From a virus (Duplodnaviria > Heunggongvirae > Uroviricota > Caudoviricetes), in IMG/VR virus record IMGVR_UViG_3300034283_001314: a stretch of 64,000 bases of DNA; one strand, written 5' to 3'. The notes under the pieces were generated by a model. The model was given only the letters and a program-made list of their open reading frames with translations, did not search any database and was not told where the DNA came from. Positions 18,011 through 28,710 of this stretch are shown here, piece by piece. Within the stretch, counting starts at the first letter, position 1; the number at the start of each line of letters is the position of its first letter. A program made the translations under genes and the position numbers.

Positions 18011-20008
18011 ATGAGTCAAATATTAAAATTAAAGCGTGGTAGTTTAGAAAGACTATCTACTATAACTGGTTCTTTACAAAAAGGTGAGGTTATATTTGCA
18101 TCAGGTTCATCGAATATCTCAGCAAATAATGGTTCTTCTATTACATTTGTAACCGTTGAAAGTGGTTCTATACAAGCGGTTAATAGAGTAATGAAAGGTG
18201 ATGTTGCACCACAATTAACGGCATCACAATATATTGGTATAATAGATGGTATTCCATTTTATGCAAGTGGTTCAAACTCATTAGTATTATTAAATAGTAG
18301 TGGTAACGAAGTAATAAATTTAGAAGGTAACATTTCTAATTTTAGTGCATCGGTAGCGTTGGCATTTAGTGCAAGTAACGCAAGTATAACAAGTGTAACT
18401 GGAGATTTTAGTAGTAGTGTAGCAACTTCGTTTAGTGCAAGTGCAGCGGCATTAGCAGCATTAAGTGCATCGGTTAGTGGAACAATAAATATATTAAGTA
18501 GTTCAGTAGCAACTTCATTTAGTGCAAGTACGGCAGCATTAGAAGCATTTAGTGCTTCATTGGATGCAACATTTGCAACTGATATAGCAGTATCAGCCGT
18601 AAGCCAAGCAATATCAGCATCGGAATCATATTTAAGTGCATCTATTAGTTCTTCGTTAGCAAGTGGATTTGAAAATTTAAGTTCATCATTTGCAACAACA
18701 ATTACAAATTTAAGTACATCAGTAGATAGTAGATTGGATTTGACCGAAGCTACATCATCTTATTTAAATACAACATTTAGTACTTCGGTAGATAGTAGAT
18801 TAGATGCATTGGAAGAATTTAGTTCTTCATTAGATGATACATTTGCAACAGATATAGCAGTTAGTGTAATTAGTCAATCTATATCAGCATCACAATCATT
18901 TATAAGTTCTTCAATAGCAACATCATTAGCAGCATTATCTCAAAGTAGTGGTTTTATTAATTATGTAACTAATAGTATTGAGCAATTAACAGGAATTGAG
19001 GTTGCGGATTTTGATAATAATACAGCAGTAACATTTACAAATGGAGTTCTTAAATTTATTTTTGGAACACCAACACAACCATCTTCAGTAGCAGCATCTT
19101 TAACTGGATTTGTAACTGATAGATTTAATAAAGTAACCGATAACTATACGGTTAATGGTACTTGGAATAATCAAGGATATACATTAATAAGTGCATCTTT
19201 ATATGAGGGTTCTACATTATTAACGGAAGTTGGTAGTGGAACATCATTATCATATAATACAACAACGAGTGGTTCACATACTTATCAATTACAATATACA
19301 GCAAGTTCACCATTAGATGGAACATTGTATAAAACATCAACTACAACAACTGGTACACTTTCTAAAACTAATCCAGCAGCACCAACAACTGAACGTTCCG
19401 TAGTAGTACAATTAGGTTCAACATCAAATCAAATTGAACAAGGTGCAACTGGTAGTATTACATTCACATCATCATCTGCAAATCCTTCTAATAGTTGGAA
19501 TTTGACAAGTGTGACATCAAATGTACCATCACCTTATTATATAACGGGTTCTGCAACAGGTTCTACTTCTATTAGTATAACTGCAACTGCAAACTATGCA
19601 TCTCCAACGGGTGATAATAGTCCTGATTTAACAACAACATCAACTGCAACTACTACATATACAAAGATTAGAAGTTTAAGACACGGAGCGAGTGCAGCAG
19701 ACTCATTTACTGCAACTGAATTAGAAAACATTGGTGCATGGGATACTACAATAGGTGGAACAATAGGAACGATTGTAAAAGGAACAACAACTGCAAGTGG
19801 ACAAACTCTAACAATTAGTTGGACAGGTGATAAGTATCTTTATATAGTATTTGATTCGGCAAGACCAAATCTAACGGGTATTACGACAAGTGGGTTTGCA
19901 GTATTGGGACAATTTACACTAACAACGGTTGGTCAATATAAAGTTTATAGAACAACTCTTTTGAATGCAGGTGGTGCAGGAAGTAGTATAACATATATTT
20001 TAACATAA
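18011..20008 (+). CDS. Ser/Thr-rich fibre protein with C-terminal Ig-like domains
   Basis: N terminus KLKRGS..LQKGE is paralogous to 20513; SAS coiled-coil repeats; Thr-rich beta C terminus. Confidence 0.7.
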   Translation: MSQILKLKRGSLERLSTITGSLQKGEVIFASGSSNISANNGSSITFVTVESGSIQAVNRVMKGDVAPQLTASQYIGIIDGIPFYASGSNSLVLLNSSGNEVINLEGNISNFSASVALAFSASNASITSVTGDFSSSVATSFSASAAALAALSASVSGTINILSSSVATSFSASTAALEAFSASLDATFATDIAVSAVSQAISASESYLSASISSSLASGFENLSSSFATTITNLSTSVDSRLDLTEATSSYLNTTFSTSVDSRLDALEEFSSSLDDTFATDIAVSVISQSISASQSFISSSIATSLAALSQSSGFINYVTNSIEQLTGIEVADFDNNTAVTFTNGVLKFIFGTPTQPSSVAASLTGFVTDRFNKVTDNYTVNGTWNNQGYTLISASLYEGSTLLTEVGSGTSLSYNTTTSGSHTYQLQYTASSPLDGTLYKTSTTTTGTLSKTNPAAPTTERSVVVQLGSTSNQIEQGATGSITFTSSSANPSNSWNLTSVTSNVPSPYYITGSATGSTSISITATANYASPTGDNSPDLTTTSTATTTYTKIRSLRHGASAADSFTATELENIGAWDTTIGGTIGTIVKGTTTASGQTLTISWTGDKYLYIVFDSARPNLTGITTSGFAVLGQFTLTTVGQYKVYRTTLLNAGGAGSSITYILT

Positions 20009-20023
20009 ATAGAAAGATAAGAA

Positions 20024-20413
20024 ATGGCAATTATATTACCTGGTGGTTTTAACATAACGAATAGTGAGCCTGTTGATGCAAGATTTGCATTAGCTAATCA
20101 ATCGGCCCGTTATGGCTTATCTTTAGCAAATGTATATAAGGGATTAATTGTTTTCCAACAAGATGATTCTACAATGTGGGTATTAACAGATACGGCAAAT
20201 GTAGGAAATCCAAATGGTTGGACACAATTACAAATCGGTGCAGTAACTTCAAACTTACCAGCCGGTGTAATATCATCTTCACAACAAGTTATTGATATAT
20301 TTAACGCAAACTTCACATCAGGTTCTTCAATGGCAACAACGGTAGATACTGAATTTGCAACCGATTATGAGGTGTTTGTAACGTCATCAGTAGCGGATGG
20401 TGGAGAGTGGTAG
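20024..20413 (+). CDS. Short fibre adaptor (ends DGGEW)
   Basis: N-terminal F..PVDAR..YKGLIV..W domain; C-terminal DGGEW. Confidence 0.6.
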   Translation: MAIILPGGFNITNSEPVDARFALANQSARYGLSLANVYKGLIVFQQDDSTMWVLTDTANVGNPNGWTQLQIGAVTSNLPAGVISSSQQVIDIFNANFTSGSSMATTVDTEFATDYEVFVTSSVADGGEW

Positions 20414-20512
20414 AATTAATTCAAAAAAAACAAAAAAATATTCAAAAAACTTTATGATTAATAGTAAATTTTACTATTTATTATCAGTAAAGGAGTAACC
20501 CCAATATAAATT

Positions 20513-23500
20513 ATGGCACAAATCATTAAAAATAGACGTGGTAGTTTAGACAGACTATCTTCAGCAACCGGCTCACTTCAGAAAGGTGAGATATTAATAG
20601 CTACCGGTTCAAGTAAATTAACAGATGTAACTAACGGACAAGGCTTAGTATTTGCAGCAGTAGAGAGTGGTTCAGTAGTAGCTGCAAACAGAGTATTACA
20701 AGGTGCAGTAGCTCCTATATTCTCAGCTTCATCTTATGGTAATTTAATGGATGGTGTTCCTTTCTATGCAAGTAGTAGTAACACATTATTCTTATTAGGT
20801 GCCGATGGTAATACAACTCCTGATTTAACAGGTAACATTAGTACATTTAGTGCATCAGTTGCGACTTCTTTTAGTGCAAGTAATGCAAGTATAGCAAGTG
20901 TAACTGGTGATTTTAGTAGTAGTGTAGCAACTTCATTTAGTGCAAGTGCATTTACGGTTTCTCAATTAAGTGCAAGTGTAGCAAGTGATTTAAATTCATT
21001 AAGTGGTAGTTTGACATCATCTATTGGTGAAACACAAACATCAATCACAAATTTAAGTTCAAGTGTATCTAATATTAGTGGTGCTTTTGCAACATCTACT
21101 TCTGCAAGTAACGCAAGTATTGCAAGTTTAAGTGCAAGTGTAGCAAGTGTGACTGGTGACTTTAGTTCTTCAGTAGCTACTTCATTTAGTGCAAGTGCAG
21201 CATCACAAACTGAATTAAGTTCTTCAGTAGCAAGTACAATTTCAAATTTAAGTTCTTCATTAGCAACAACTGATTCAGCTTCTAAAGCAGAATACACATC
21301 ATTTAGTGCGAGTGCAGCAACACAATTTAATTCTTTCAGTTCTTCACAAGCTGCAGTAAATGCAACTTACGCAACAACTGGTTCAAATACATTCTTTGGA
21401 ACTCAAGTTATTACTGGATCAATGTATATTACAAATGATTTAGTAGTACAAGGTTCTTCTTCACTACAAAATATTACAGCTAGTGCAGTATCAATTGGTA
21501 CAAACACCGTAATTTTAAACACAGCAACTCCAGCAGTTAGATTTGGTGGTGTAAGTGTACAAGATAGTGGTAGTGGAGCTGGTGCAAGTGGTTCATTATG
21601 GTGGGATTCATTAAATAATAGATGGATTTACGAACATCCTAATGCGGGTGGAGAAGGATACAATTCAGCAATATTAATAGCAGGTCCTAAAAACACCGGT
21701 TCGTTAGGTGATGAAGCAACTTTAACCGCTGGAAAAATTATGGTTGCGGTTGGAGAAGATCATATTGGTGATTCTATAATGGAACAAAGTGCATCTACAA
21801 TTATCGTAAGTGGTGATTTAGATGTAAGTGGTGAGATTAGTTCTTCAACAATAGCAGGTATAGGTAATGTAACTTTATATTCTCAATCAGTAGATAGTAG
21901 AGTTGCAACATTAGAAACATCTTTAGGTGGTGGTGGTTCAATAGGAACTAGAGTAGCAAATTTAGAAACTATTTCTTCTTCTTATTTATCTTTCACACAA
22001 TCATATTATAGTGATTCTTCTTCATTTGATACTAGAATTAGTTCATCTAAAGCAGAATACACATCATTTAGTGCAAGTGCAGCAACTTCATTTAGTGCAA
22101 GTGCTTTCACAGCAACGGTAAATTCAGCAAGTGCAGCTTCAGATTTAAACTCTGTAAGTGGTGCATTTGCAACATCAACTTCAGCATCTAAAGCAGAATA
22201 CACATTATTTAGTGCTAGTGCAGCTTCAGAATTAAACTCTGTAAGTGGTGCAGTTGCAACTTCTTTAAGTGCAAGTAAATTTGAATATACTTCATTCTCT
22301 GCAAGTGCTGCTTCTGATTTAAATTCAGTAAGTGGTGCATTTGCTACTTCAATTAGTGCAAGTGATGCAAGAGAATTAGCATTATCTACATCAGTTGATA
22401 GTAGATTAGATACTTTAGAAGCTTCATTAGGTGGTGGTGGTGAAATTGGTACAAGAGTAGCAAATTTAGAAACTATTTCAGCTTCTTATTTAGCATTCAC
22501 ACAATCTTATTATTCAGATTCATCTTCATTTGCAACCGCAATATCGGCTAGTGATGCAGAATATACATCATTTAGTGCAAGTGCAGCAACGGCAATATCA
22601 GCAAGTAACGCATCACAATTAGCATTATCAACATCAGTAGATAGTAGATTAGATGCAGAAGAATTTAAATCTACAACATTTGCAACAACTGGTTCAAATT
22701 CATTCACTGGTTCACAAGGTATATTGGGTGATGTAACCGTAAGTGGCTCAGTATATATTCAATTTGGTCAAGATTTAGTAACAAATCATATATCTGGAAA
22801 CCAAGGTAAAATTGAATTAGGAAATATAGATAATAACGTTAATATCATAGCTGAAAACGAATTAAGATTAACAGCGACTGGTAGTGGTGTTCATATTCAC
22901 AATGCAAATTTCTCAGTATCACCTGATGGTATAAATAATAACGTATTAGTAGTTTCTGCTAGTATAACAACAGTAACTAACGAATTTAGTGCATCTAACA
23001 TAAGTGGTGTAGGAAACATTGGAGCATTTTCTCAATCAGTAGATAGTAGATTTAGTGCAAGTGCATATACCGTTTCACAATTGAGTGCAAGTGTAGCAAG
23101 TGTAACTGGTGACTTTAGTTCTTCAGTAGCAACTTCATTTAGTGCATCTAAAGCTGAATATACTTCATTCTCTGCAAGTGCAGCTTCTGATTTAAATTCA
23201 GTAAGTGGTGCATTCGCAACTTCTACTTCTGCAAGTAATGCAGCAATTACTTCATTATCTGCAAGCGTAGCAAGTGTGACTGGTGACTTTAGTTCTTCAG
23301 TAGCTACTTCATTTAGTGCAAGTGCATTTTCTGTATCAAATTTAAGTGCAAGTATTTACTTAACTGATAGTAATCAAACTGATAGAATTGTAGTTTTAGA
23401 AGCATCTCAATCAGCATTTGATGCAGCGTTTGAATTAACAGGTTCTTCAGTAACAATTTTAGGTGATTTAAGAGTAATAGGTACACAATCAGTTGTTAAT

Positions 23501-24247
23501 TCAACTACAATTGATTTAGGTGATAATATTCTTTCATTAAATGGAACAGCGGGAGCATTTGCTGGATTAATCGTAAAAGATCCAACTGCACCTTCAACAA
23601 TTAGTGGTTCATTATTATGGGATACAACTAATGATTACTGGATAGCGGGTAAGAGTGGTAGTGAAGCAAAAGTATTATTAGCAGTAGGTGATAGTGTAGT
23701 AAGTAGTTCATCACAAATTACTTTAAGTTCTACAACAGGATTTAGTTCATTTGACACTGCAATTTCTACTTCATTCTCTGCAAGTAACGCAAGTATTGCA
23801 AGTTTAAGTGCAAGTGTAGCAAGTGTGACCGGTGACTTTAGTTCTTCAGTAGCAACTTCATTCTCTGCAAGTAATGCATATATATCTTCAGTAAGTGCAA
23901 GTTTAAGTGAAGTAAGTGGAGCATTTGCAACTTCAACAAGTGCTAGTAATTTTACTATCGTTGATAATAGTTCTTCATTTGCAACTTCATTATCTGCATC
24001 AAATGCAAGTATAAGTTCTTTAAGTGCAAGCGTAGCGAGTGTAACTGGTGACTTTAGTTCTTCAGTAGCAACTTCATTTAGTGCAAGTGCAGCAAGTTTG
24101 ACAGCATTAAGTGCTTCAATATACTTAACTGATGCAACTCAAAGTACTGATATTACTAACAATAGTAGTTCATTTGCAACATCAGTAAGTGCAAGTAATT
24201 ATAGAATAACAGTATTAGAAACAACAATAGATGGTGGTTCATTCTAA
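20513..24247 (+). CDS. Long serine-rich repeat fibre protein (1244 aa)
   Basis: N-terminal KNRRGS..LQKGE; multiple SVTGDFSSSVATSFSAS repeats; ends IDGGSF. Confidence 0.75.
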   Translation: MAQIIKNRRGSLDRLSSATGSLQKGEILIATGSSKLTDVTNGQGLVFAAVESGSVVAANRVLQGAVAPIFSASSYGNLMDGVPFYASSSNTLFLLGADGNTTPDLTGNISTFSASVATSFSASNASIASVTGDFSSSVATSFSASAFTVSQLSASVASDLNSLSGSLTSSIGETQTSITNLSSSVSNISGAFATSTSASNASIASLSASVASVTGDFSSSVATSFSASAASQTELSSSVASTISNLSSSLATTDSASKAEYTSFSASAATQFNSFSSSQAAVNATYATTGSNTFFGTQVITGSMYITNDLVVQGSSSLQNITASAVSIGTNTVILNTATPAVRFGGVSVQDSGSGAGASGSLWWDSLNNRWIYEHPNAGGEGYNSAILIAGPKNTGSLGDEATLTAGKIMVAVGEDHIGDSIMEQSASTIIVSGDLDVSGEISSSTIAGIGNVTLYSQSVDSRVATLETSLGGGGSIGTRVANLETISSSYLSFTQSYYSDSSSFDTRISSSKAEYTSFSASAATSFSASAFTATVNSASAASDLNSVSGAFATSTSASKAEYTLFSASAASELNSVSGAVATSLSASKFEYTSFSASAASDLNSVSGAFATSISASDARELALSTSVDSRLDTLEASLGGGGEIGTRVANLETISASYLAFTQSYYSDSSSFATAISASDAEYTSFSASAATAISASNASQLALSTSVDSRLDAEEFKSTTFATTGSNSFTGSQGILGDVTVSGSVYIQFGQDLVTNHISGNQGKIELGNIDNNVNIIAENELRLTATGSGVHIHNANFSVSPDGINNNVLVVSASITTVTNEFSASNISGVGNIGAFSQSVDSRFSASAYTVSQLSASVASVTGDFSSSVATSFSASKAEYTSFSASAASDLNSVSGAFATSTSASNAAITSLSASVASVTGDFSSSVATSFSASAFSVSNLSASIYLTDSNQTDRIVVLEASQSAFDAAFELTGSSVTILGDLRVIGTQSVVNSTTIDLGDNILSLNGTAGAFAGLIVKDPTAPSTISGSLLWDTTNDYWIAGKSGSEAKVLLAVGDSVVSSSSQITLSSTTGFSSFDTAISTSFSASNASIASLSASVASVTGDFSSSVATSFSASNAYISSVSASLSEVSGAFATSTSASNFTIVDNSSSFATSLSASNASISSLSASVASVTGDFSSSVATSFSASAASLTALSASIYLTDATQSTDITNNSSSFATSVSASNYRITVLETTIDGGSF
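20890..24090 (+). repeat. Six dispersed in-frame repeats encoding SVTGDFSSSVATSFSAS
   Basis: Copies near 20900, 21150, 23105, 23280, 23830 and 24045; a seventh copy near 18400 in ORF 18011. Confidence 0.8.
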
Positions 24248-24259
24248 TAAAAAATAATT

Positions 24260-24285
24260 AATCCCCCTGAAATATGGGGGATTTT
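24260..24285 (+). terminator. Rho-independent terminator
   Basis: AATCCCCC/GGGGGATT stem followed by T. Confidence 0.7.
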
Positions 24286-24315
24286 AAAAAGAAAAGTAAA
24301 AGGGAAAACAAATAT

Positions 24316-24921
24316 ATGGCAACAGCAGTAACACAATCAGTACTCTTAAGACGTTCAAATTTAGCGGCAAAAGTACCTACAACCGACCAATTACAACTTG
24401 GTGAATTGGGTGTAAACACCACAGATGGTAGAGTATTTCTTAAAAAAGATAATGCTGGGACAGTAACGATTGAACAACTTGTTGTAACCGGTGCGGAAGT
24501 AACTGGTTCAATTAATATCTTAGGAACAGGTTCGTTTGGACAATTAGAAATCAATGGTGATGCAAACTTTGATGGTAACACATACTTTGCAGGTCCAGTA
24601 AGTGGTGCATTTACAGGTTCATTTAGTGGTGATGGTAGCAACTTAACAGGTGTAACCGCATCAATGAGACCGGATGATTTTGATTTCAACTCTGACCCAT
24701 TTGCAGGAACAATTGGATTTATTCAAGGTAGTGGTTCTCTTTACAAAGTAGCAACTGATGCAGATGCAATTGATTTCAGATACAATGATTTAACTATTGC
24801 AACTATCACAGCAGAAGATGGGTTTAGTGGTAGTGTATATGGTATCGGTGATGTATTATCATTCAGTTCTTCAATTTATACTCAATTTGCAGCAGGTCCT
24901 GATGCAGGTGTTTGGGCATAA
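24316..24921 (+). CDS. Short fibre adaptor (ends DAGVWA)
   Basis: Start moved to MATAVT because ATG24274 lies inside the terminator hairpin; LLRRS..VP..LQLGELGVNTTDG N-terminal domain. Confidence 0.65.
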   Translation: MATAVTQSVLLRRSNLAAKVPTTDQLQLGELGVNTTDGRVFLKKDNAGTVTIEQLVVTGAEVTGSINILGTGSFGQLEINGDANFDGNTYFAGPVSGAFTGSFSGDGSNLTGVTASMRPDDFDFNSDPFAGTIGFIQGSGSLYKVATDADAIDFRYNDLTIATITAEDGFSGSVYGIGDVLSFSSSIYTQFAAGPDAGVWA

Positions 24922-24944
24922 TAAAATTATAAAATAAAATATAT

Positions 24945-24975
24945 AAATTCCCTCACCTTAAAAGTGGGGGATTTT
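24945..24975 (+). terminator. Rho-independent terminator
   Basis: TCCCTCAC/GTGGGGGA stem followed by TTTT. Confidence 0.65.
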
Positions 24976-25018
24976 AATATTTATATTATTTCGTTTTATT
25001 TTAATTTAACATATTTAT

Positions 25019-25040
25019 AAAGGTACTATATAGTACCTTT
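25019..25040. promoter_or_regulatory. Perfect 22-bp palindrome adjoining the late motif
   Basis: AAAGGTACTATATAGTACCTTT directly after ATATTTATA (25011-25019). Confidence 0.45.
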
Positions 25041-25078
25041 TTTCGTTGTTAGATAACACATAAAACGTTTCCATACAT

Positions 25079-27847
25079 ATGGCTCAAAACATTATACTAA
25101 AACGCTCAGCCGTTCCTGGTAGGGTTCCTGATACGGGTTCAATTAACTTAGGTGAAGTAGCAATTAATACCTTTGATGGTAAATTATATTTTAAGAAATC
25201 CGGCTCAGTAGAGTCAGTAGAAACAATAGTAACAACGGATTCAATTACATCTGGTTCATTATTCGTTAGTGATGATATTACAATACAAAGAGATTTATAT
25301 GTAGTTAGAGATGTAATTACAGATGGTGATATCGATGCAAGTGGTTCATTAAGTGGTAGTGGTTTATCAATTAACGATACTTTAAACATTACACACAACA
25401 ATTTTCAATTAAGTGGAAGTGCGGCAATCACCGGTAGTTTAACAGTAATGGGTGCGATTAATGCAACTCAATTCAATATTAACATAATTTCATCATCGGT
25501 TATATTTGAAAGTGGTAGTTCTAAATTTGGTAATACATCCGATGATATACACCAATTCACAGGTTCAGTAAACGTAACTGGTTCATTTTATTTGAATGGG
25601 GCAGATTTAAGTCAAGGAAATAATAGTGGAAGTTTTAGTGGTTCTTTTCAAGGTGATGGTAGTGGATTAAGAGGTGTAGTAAGTGATGATATACCGAGAG
25701 ATGGTTGGGATTATGATTCAAATAGTTCAGCATCTATAAGTGAATTTAACGTAACATCATCTAAATATTTAATAGATTTTCAATGGGAACAAGAAGTAGG
25801 TTCACCGGTTGGTTATAAAGGATTTTTAGCAAATACAACTGGAAGTTCTCAAATTGTTCCTACAACCGAAGGTATTAAGTTTATTGTAGGAAATCAATTA
25901 GTAGCAACGGTTGGTGCAGAAGGTATTAACGCAACTTTACCAAATGGAGTAGTAAGTAGTTCGGCACAATTGACAAGTTCATATGATAGTAGATATGTGT
26001 TAAGTGGTAGTATCACACAAACAACGTGGGATAACATTGAAAATAAACCAAATAACATTATTAGTTCTTCAACGCAAATTTCTAATTTAGGATATGCTGT
26101 AACGGGTTCTAATACGTTTGTAGGAACTCAAACAATGAGTGGTTCAATTATACCTGCAACGGATAATACATACGATTTAGGTAGTGCAACGTATCAATGG
26201 AGAGATATATACGTTTCATCTGGTTCACTTTATATAGATGGAACAAAGGTATTGGGTTCAACTGGAAATGAGTTACAAATTACAACTGATGTAGGACAAT
26301 CAATTAAGATTTTAGAAGCAGGAAGTGATAGTATTATTTTACAATCTGCAGATGGTGATATTCAATTAAAATCATCAGGTGGTGGTAACTTATTATTTGA
26401 TCCAACAACTGGTTTAATTGATGTAAGAGGAACACTACAAATACAAAATGGTAATAAAATAACATCTTCTGATGGCAATGCAATTCAATTTGGTAATAAC
26501 ATTGGTATCACCGGTTCTATTGTATCAACAACAACTCCATTAGTAAGTGGTTCTTCACAAATTGATTTAACACAAACAACTGGATATTCAACATTTAGTT
26601 CATCCGTTAATAGTAGAGTAGTAAATTTTGAAAGTAATAGTGGAACATATGCAACAACTGGTAGCAATACATTTATAGGAACACAAACTATTACAGGTTC
26701 ACTTTTCGTAAGTTCAAATTTAATAGTACAAGGTAGTTCATCTCTACAAAATATTACAGCATCGGCAGTATCAATCGGTACTAACATTGTAAATTTAAAC
26801 ACAGCAACTCCGGCAATTAGATATGCTGGTTTGGTAATAGGTGATAGTGGTTCGGTGGGTGGTTCTGGTTCATTTTTGTATGATTCAGTACAAGATGAAA
26901 TGTTATTTATTCATAGAGGAGATAGTAGTGTTGTAACATCTTCCGTTGCTTTAATGGGTCCTGAAACATATGATAATTTAGGAAACGAAACATATCTTAC
27001 AAATAATAGATTACCAAAAGGAACAGGTAAAGAACATTTAGTTGATTCAAATATTAGTGATGATGGTACTAAAGTAACTATTACAAATGGTTTAGATGTA
27101 ACCGGTGCTTTAAGTGCTTCTACAATTACTGGATTTGGTAATGTAACAACATATAGTTCATCGGTAGAAACATCAATAAGTGCATCTAACTATAATATTA
27201 CAATAAACTCAGCAAGTGTAAGTTCATTAAGTACATCAGTAGATAGTAGATTAAGAAGTGAAGAATTTAAATCAACTACGTTTGCAACAACCGGTTCTAA
27301 TACATTTACTGGAACAATTTCAATTAATAGTGGTACTACGGGATTTTTAACATTAGGAGCAAGTAATTCTTATGGTAGTGTATCTAGTGGAGGTGGAGGA
27401 GCTACAATTTATTTAAATGGTGCAACGAGAGGAGGAACAACCTATGCGGCCTCTAACACATTAGTAGTTGCAACAGACGGTGAGTTTTACATAACAAATG
27501 GTGCAGCTAATTCTACTAAATTTTTATTAGCAAGTAATGGCAACGCCACTATATCTGGTACTTTTACAGAAACTTCTTCATTACGATATAAAGAAAATGT
27601 TGAAACTATTAAATATGGTTTAGATAAAGTTCTTCAAATGAGGGGTGTTACTTATAATAAAAAAGATAATGGTGTTAAAGAAGTCGGTGTGATTGCAGAA
27701 GAAATTTATGAAGTTTTACCTGAAGTAGTTTTAAAAAGTGAAGAAGGTGAAATAGATTCAGTTTCATATAGTAGAATTACCGCAGTTTTAATCGAGGCAA
27801 TAAAAGATTTAAAAAAAGAAATTGAAGATTTAAAAGCAAATAGATAA
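25079..27847 (+). CDS. Tail fibre protein with C-terminal peptidase S74 intramolecular chaperone
   Basis: N-terminal ILKRS.VPG..P..LGEVAIN; C-terminal TSSLRYKENV..GVIAEE..LPEVV..VSYSRI.AVLIEAIK. Confidence 0.85.
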   Translation: MAQNIILKRSAVPGRVPDTGSINLGEVAINTFDGKLYFKKSGSVESVETIVTTDSITSGSLFVSDDITIQRDLYVVRDVITDGDIDASGSLSGSGLSINDTLNITHNNFQLSGSAAITGSLTVMGAINATQFNINIISSSVIFESGSSKFGNTSDDIHQFTGSVNVTGSFYLNGADLSQGNNSGSFSGSFQGDGSGLRGVVSDDIPRDGWDYDSNSSASISEFNVTSSKYLIDFQWEQEVGSPVGYKGFLANTTGSSQIVPTTEGIKFIVGNQLVATVGAEGINATLPNGVVSSSAQLTSSYDSRYVLSGSITQTTWDNIENKPNNIISSSTQISNLGYAVTGSNTFVGTQTMSGSIIPATDNTYDLGSATYQWRDIYVSSGSLYIDGTKVLGSTGNELQITTDVGQSIKILEAGSDSIILQSADGDIQLKSSGGGNLLFDPTTGLIDVRGTLQIQNGNKITSSDGNAIQFGNNIGITGSIVSTTTPLVSGSSQIDLTQTTGYSTFSSSVNSRVVNFESNSGTYATTGSNTFIGTQTITGSLFVSSNLIVQGSSSLQNITASAVSIGTNIVNLNTATPAIRYAGLVIGDSGSVGGSGSFLYDSVQDEMLFIHRGDSSVVTSSVALMGPETYDNLGNETYLTNNRLPKGTGKEHLVDSNISDDGTKVTITNGLDVTGALSASTITGFGNVTTYSSSVETSISASNYNITINSASVSSLSTSVDSRLRSEEFKSTTFATTGSNTFTGTISINSGTTGFLTLGASNSYGSVSSGGGGATIYLNGATRGGTTYAASNTLVVATDGEFYITNGAANSTKFLLASNGNATISGTFTETSSLRYKENVETIKYGLDKVLQMRGVTYNKKDNGVKEVGVIAEEIYEVLPEVVLKSEEGEIDSVSYSRITAVLIEAIKDLKKEIEDLKANR

Positions 27848-28710
27848 TGGCAAATCTTACAAATCTTACTATAAACGATACTGGTCATATAACATTACCA
27901 TCGGGAACAACAACCCAAAGACCGGCATCACCAGCTACAGGATATATTAGATTCAATACTACATTGGGTATTATAGAATATTATAATGGTAGTTATTGGT
28001 TAGACTATACAACTGGTAAAATTTCAGAAAATGCTATTGTAACTTCAAATTTATTACTTCATTTAGATAGTAGTAAACCAACAAGTTATCGAGGTGGTAA
28101 TATATGGTATGATATTAGTTCACAATGTGCACATGGAATATTTGTAAACGGACCAACCCATTCACCAACAGAGAGTTCGGGTGGAGCTGTTTCATTTGAT
28201 GGAACTAACGATTATGTTAGAATTTCTACATTAAATACATTACCAACATCACAAATAACATGTGAGGCATGGATAAAGCCAACAAGAACGGTAAGTACTG
28301 GTACGGTACGAGGTGGAGTAATTTCAGCAACAAACACAATGTATTTGGGTTTATTTAATTCTGCAGATGGTGGTAGTACACACTCACTACATTGGGCAAA
28401 TACCACTAATAGTAGTAGACCATATAGTGCAGATGGTAATATTCCTAATAATGTTTGGTCTCATATTGTAGGTACGTGGGATGGTTCAACAAGTAGAGCT
28501 TATGTAAATGGTAGTCAAGTTTGGTCATCAGCACAAACCGGAACAATTGCCGCAGCAACATATGTAGTTGGAACATATGGTAGTGGATTGACCGATGCTC
28601 TTCATAATTTTCAAGGACAAATTGCAATTGCAAGAATGTATAGTATAGGATTAAGTGGGGCACAAGTTTTACAAAATTATAACGCACAAAAATATAGATT
28701 CGGACTATAA
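27847..28710 (+). CDS. Fibre tip adhesin, LamG/ConA-like lectin domain
   Basis: LPSGTTTQRP..GYIRFN anchor; FDGTNDYV, WSHIVGTWDG, YVNG, VLQNYNAQKYRFGL. Confidence 0.8.
   Translation: MANLTNLTINDTGHITLPSGTTTQRPASPATGYIRFNTTLGIIEYYNGSYWLDYTTGKISENAIVTSNLLLHLDSSKPTSYRGGNIWYDISSQCAHGIFVNGPTHSPTESSGGAVSFDGTNDYVRISTLNTLPTSQITCEAWIKPTRTVSTGTVRGGVISATNTMYLGLFNSADGGSTHSLHWANTTNSSRPYSADGNIPNNVWSHIVGTWDGSTSRAYVNGSQVWSSAQTGTIAAATYVVGTYGSGLTDALHNFQGQIAIARMYSIGLSGAQVLQNYNAQKYRFGL

Noticed and set aside
24274-24315. ORF-track start at 24274
   Set aside because: This ATG lies within a terminator hairpin, and the paralogous N-terminal domain begins at ATG24316.
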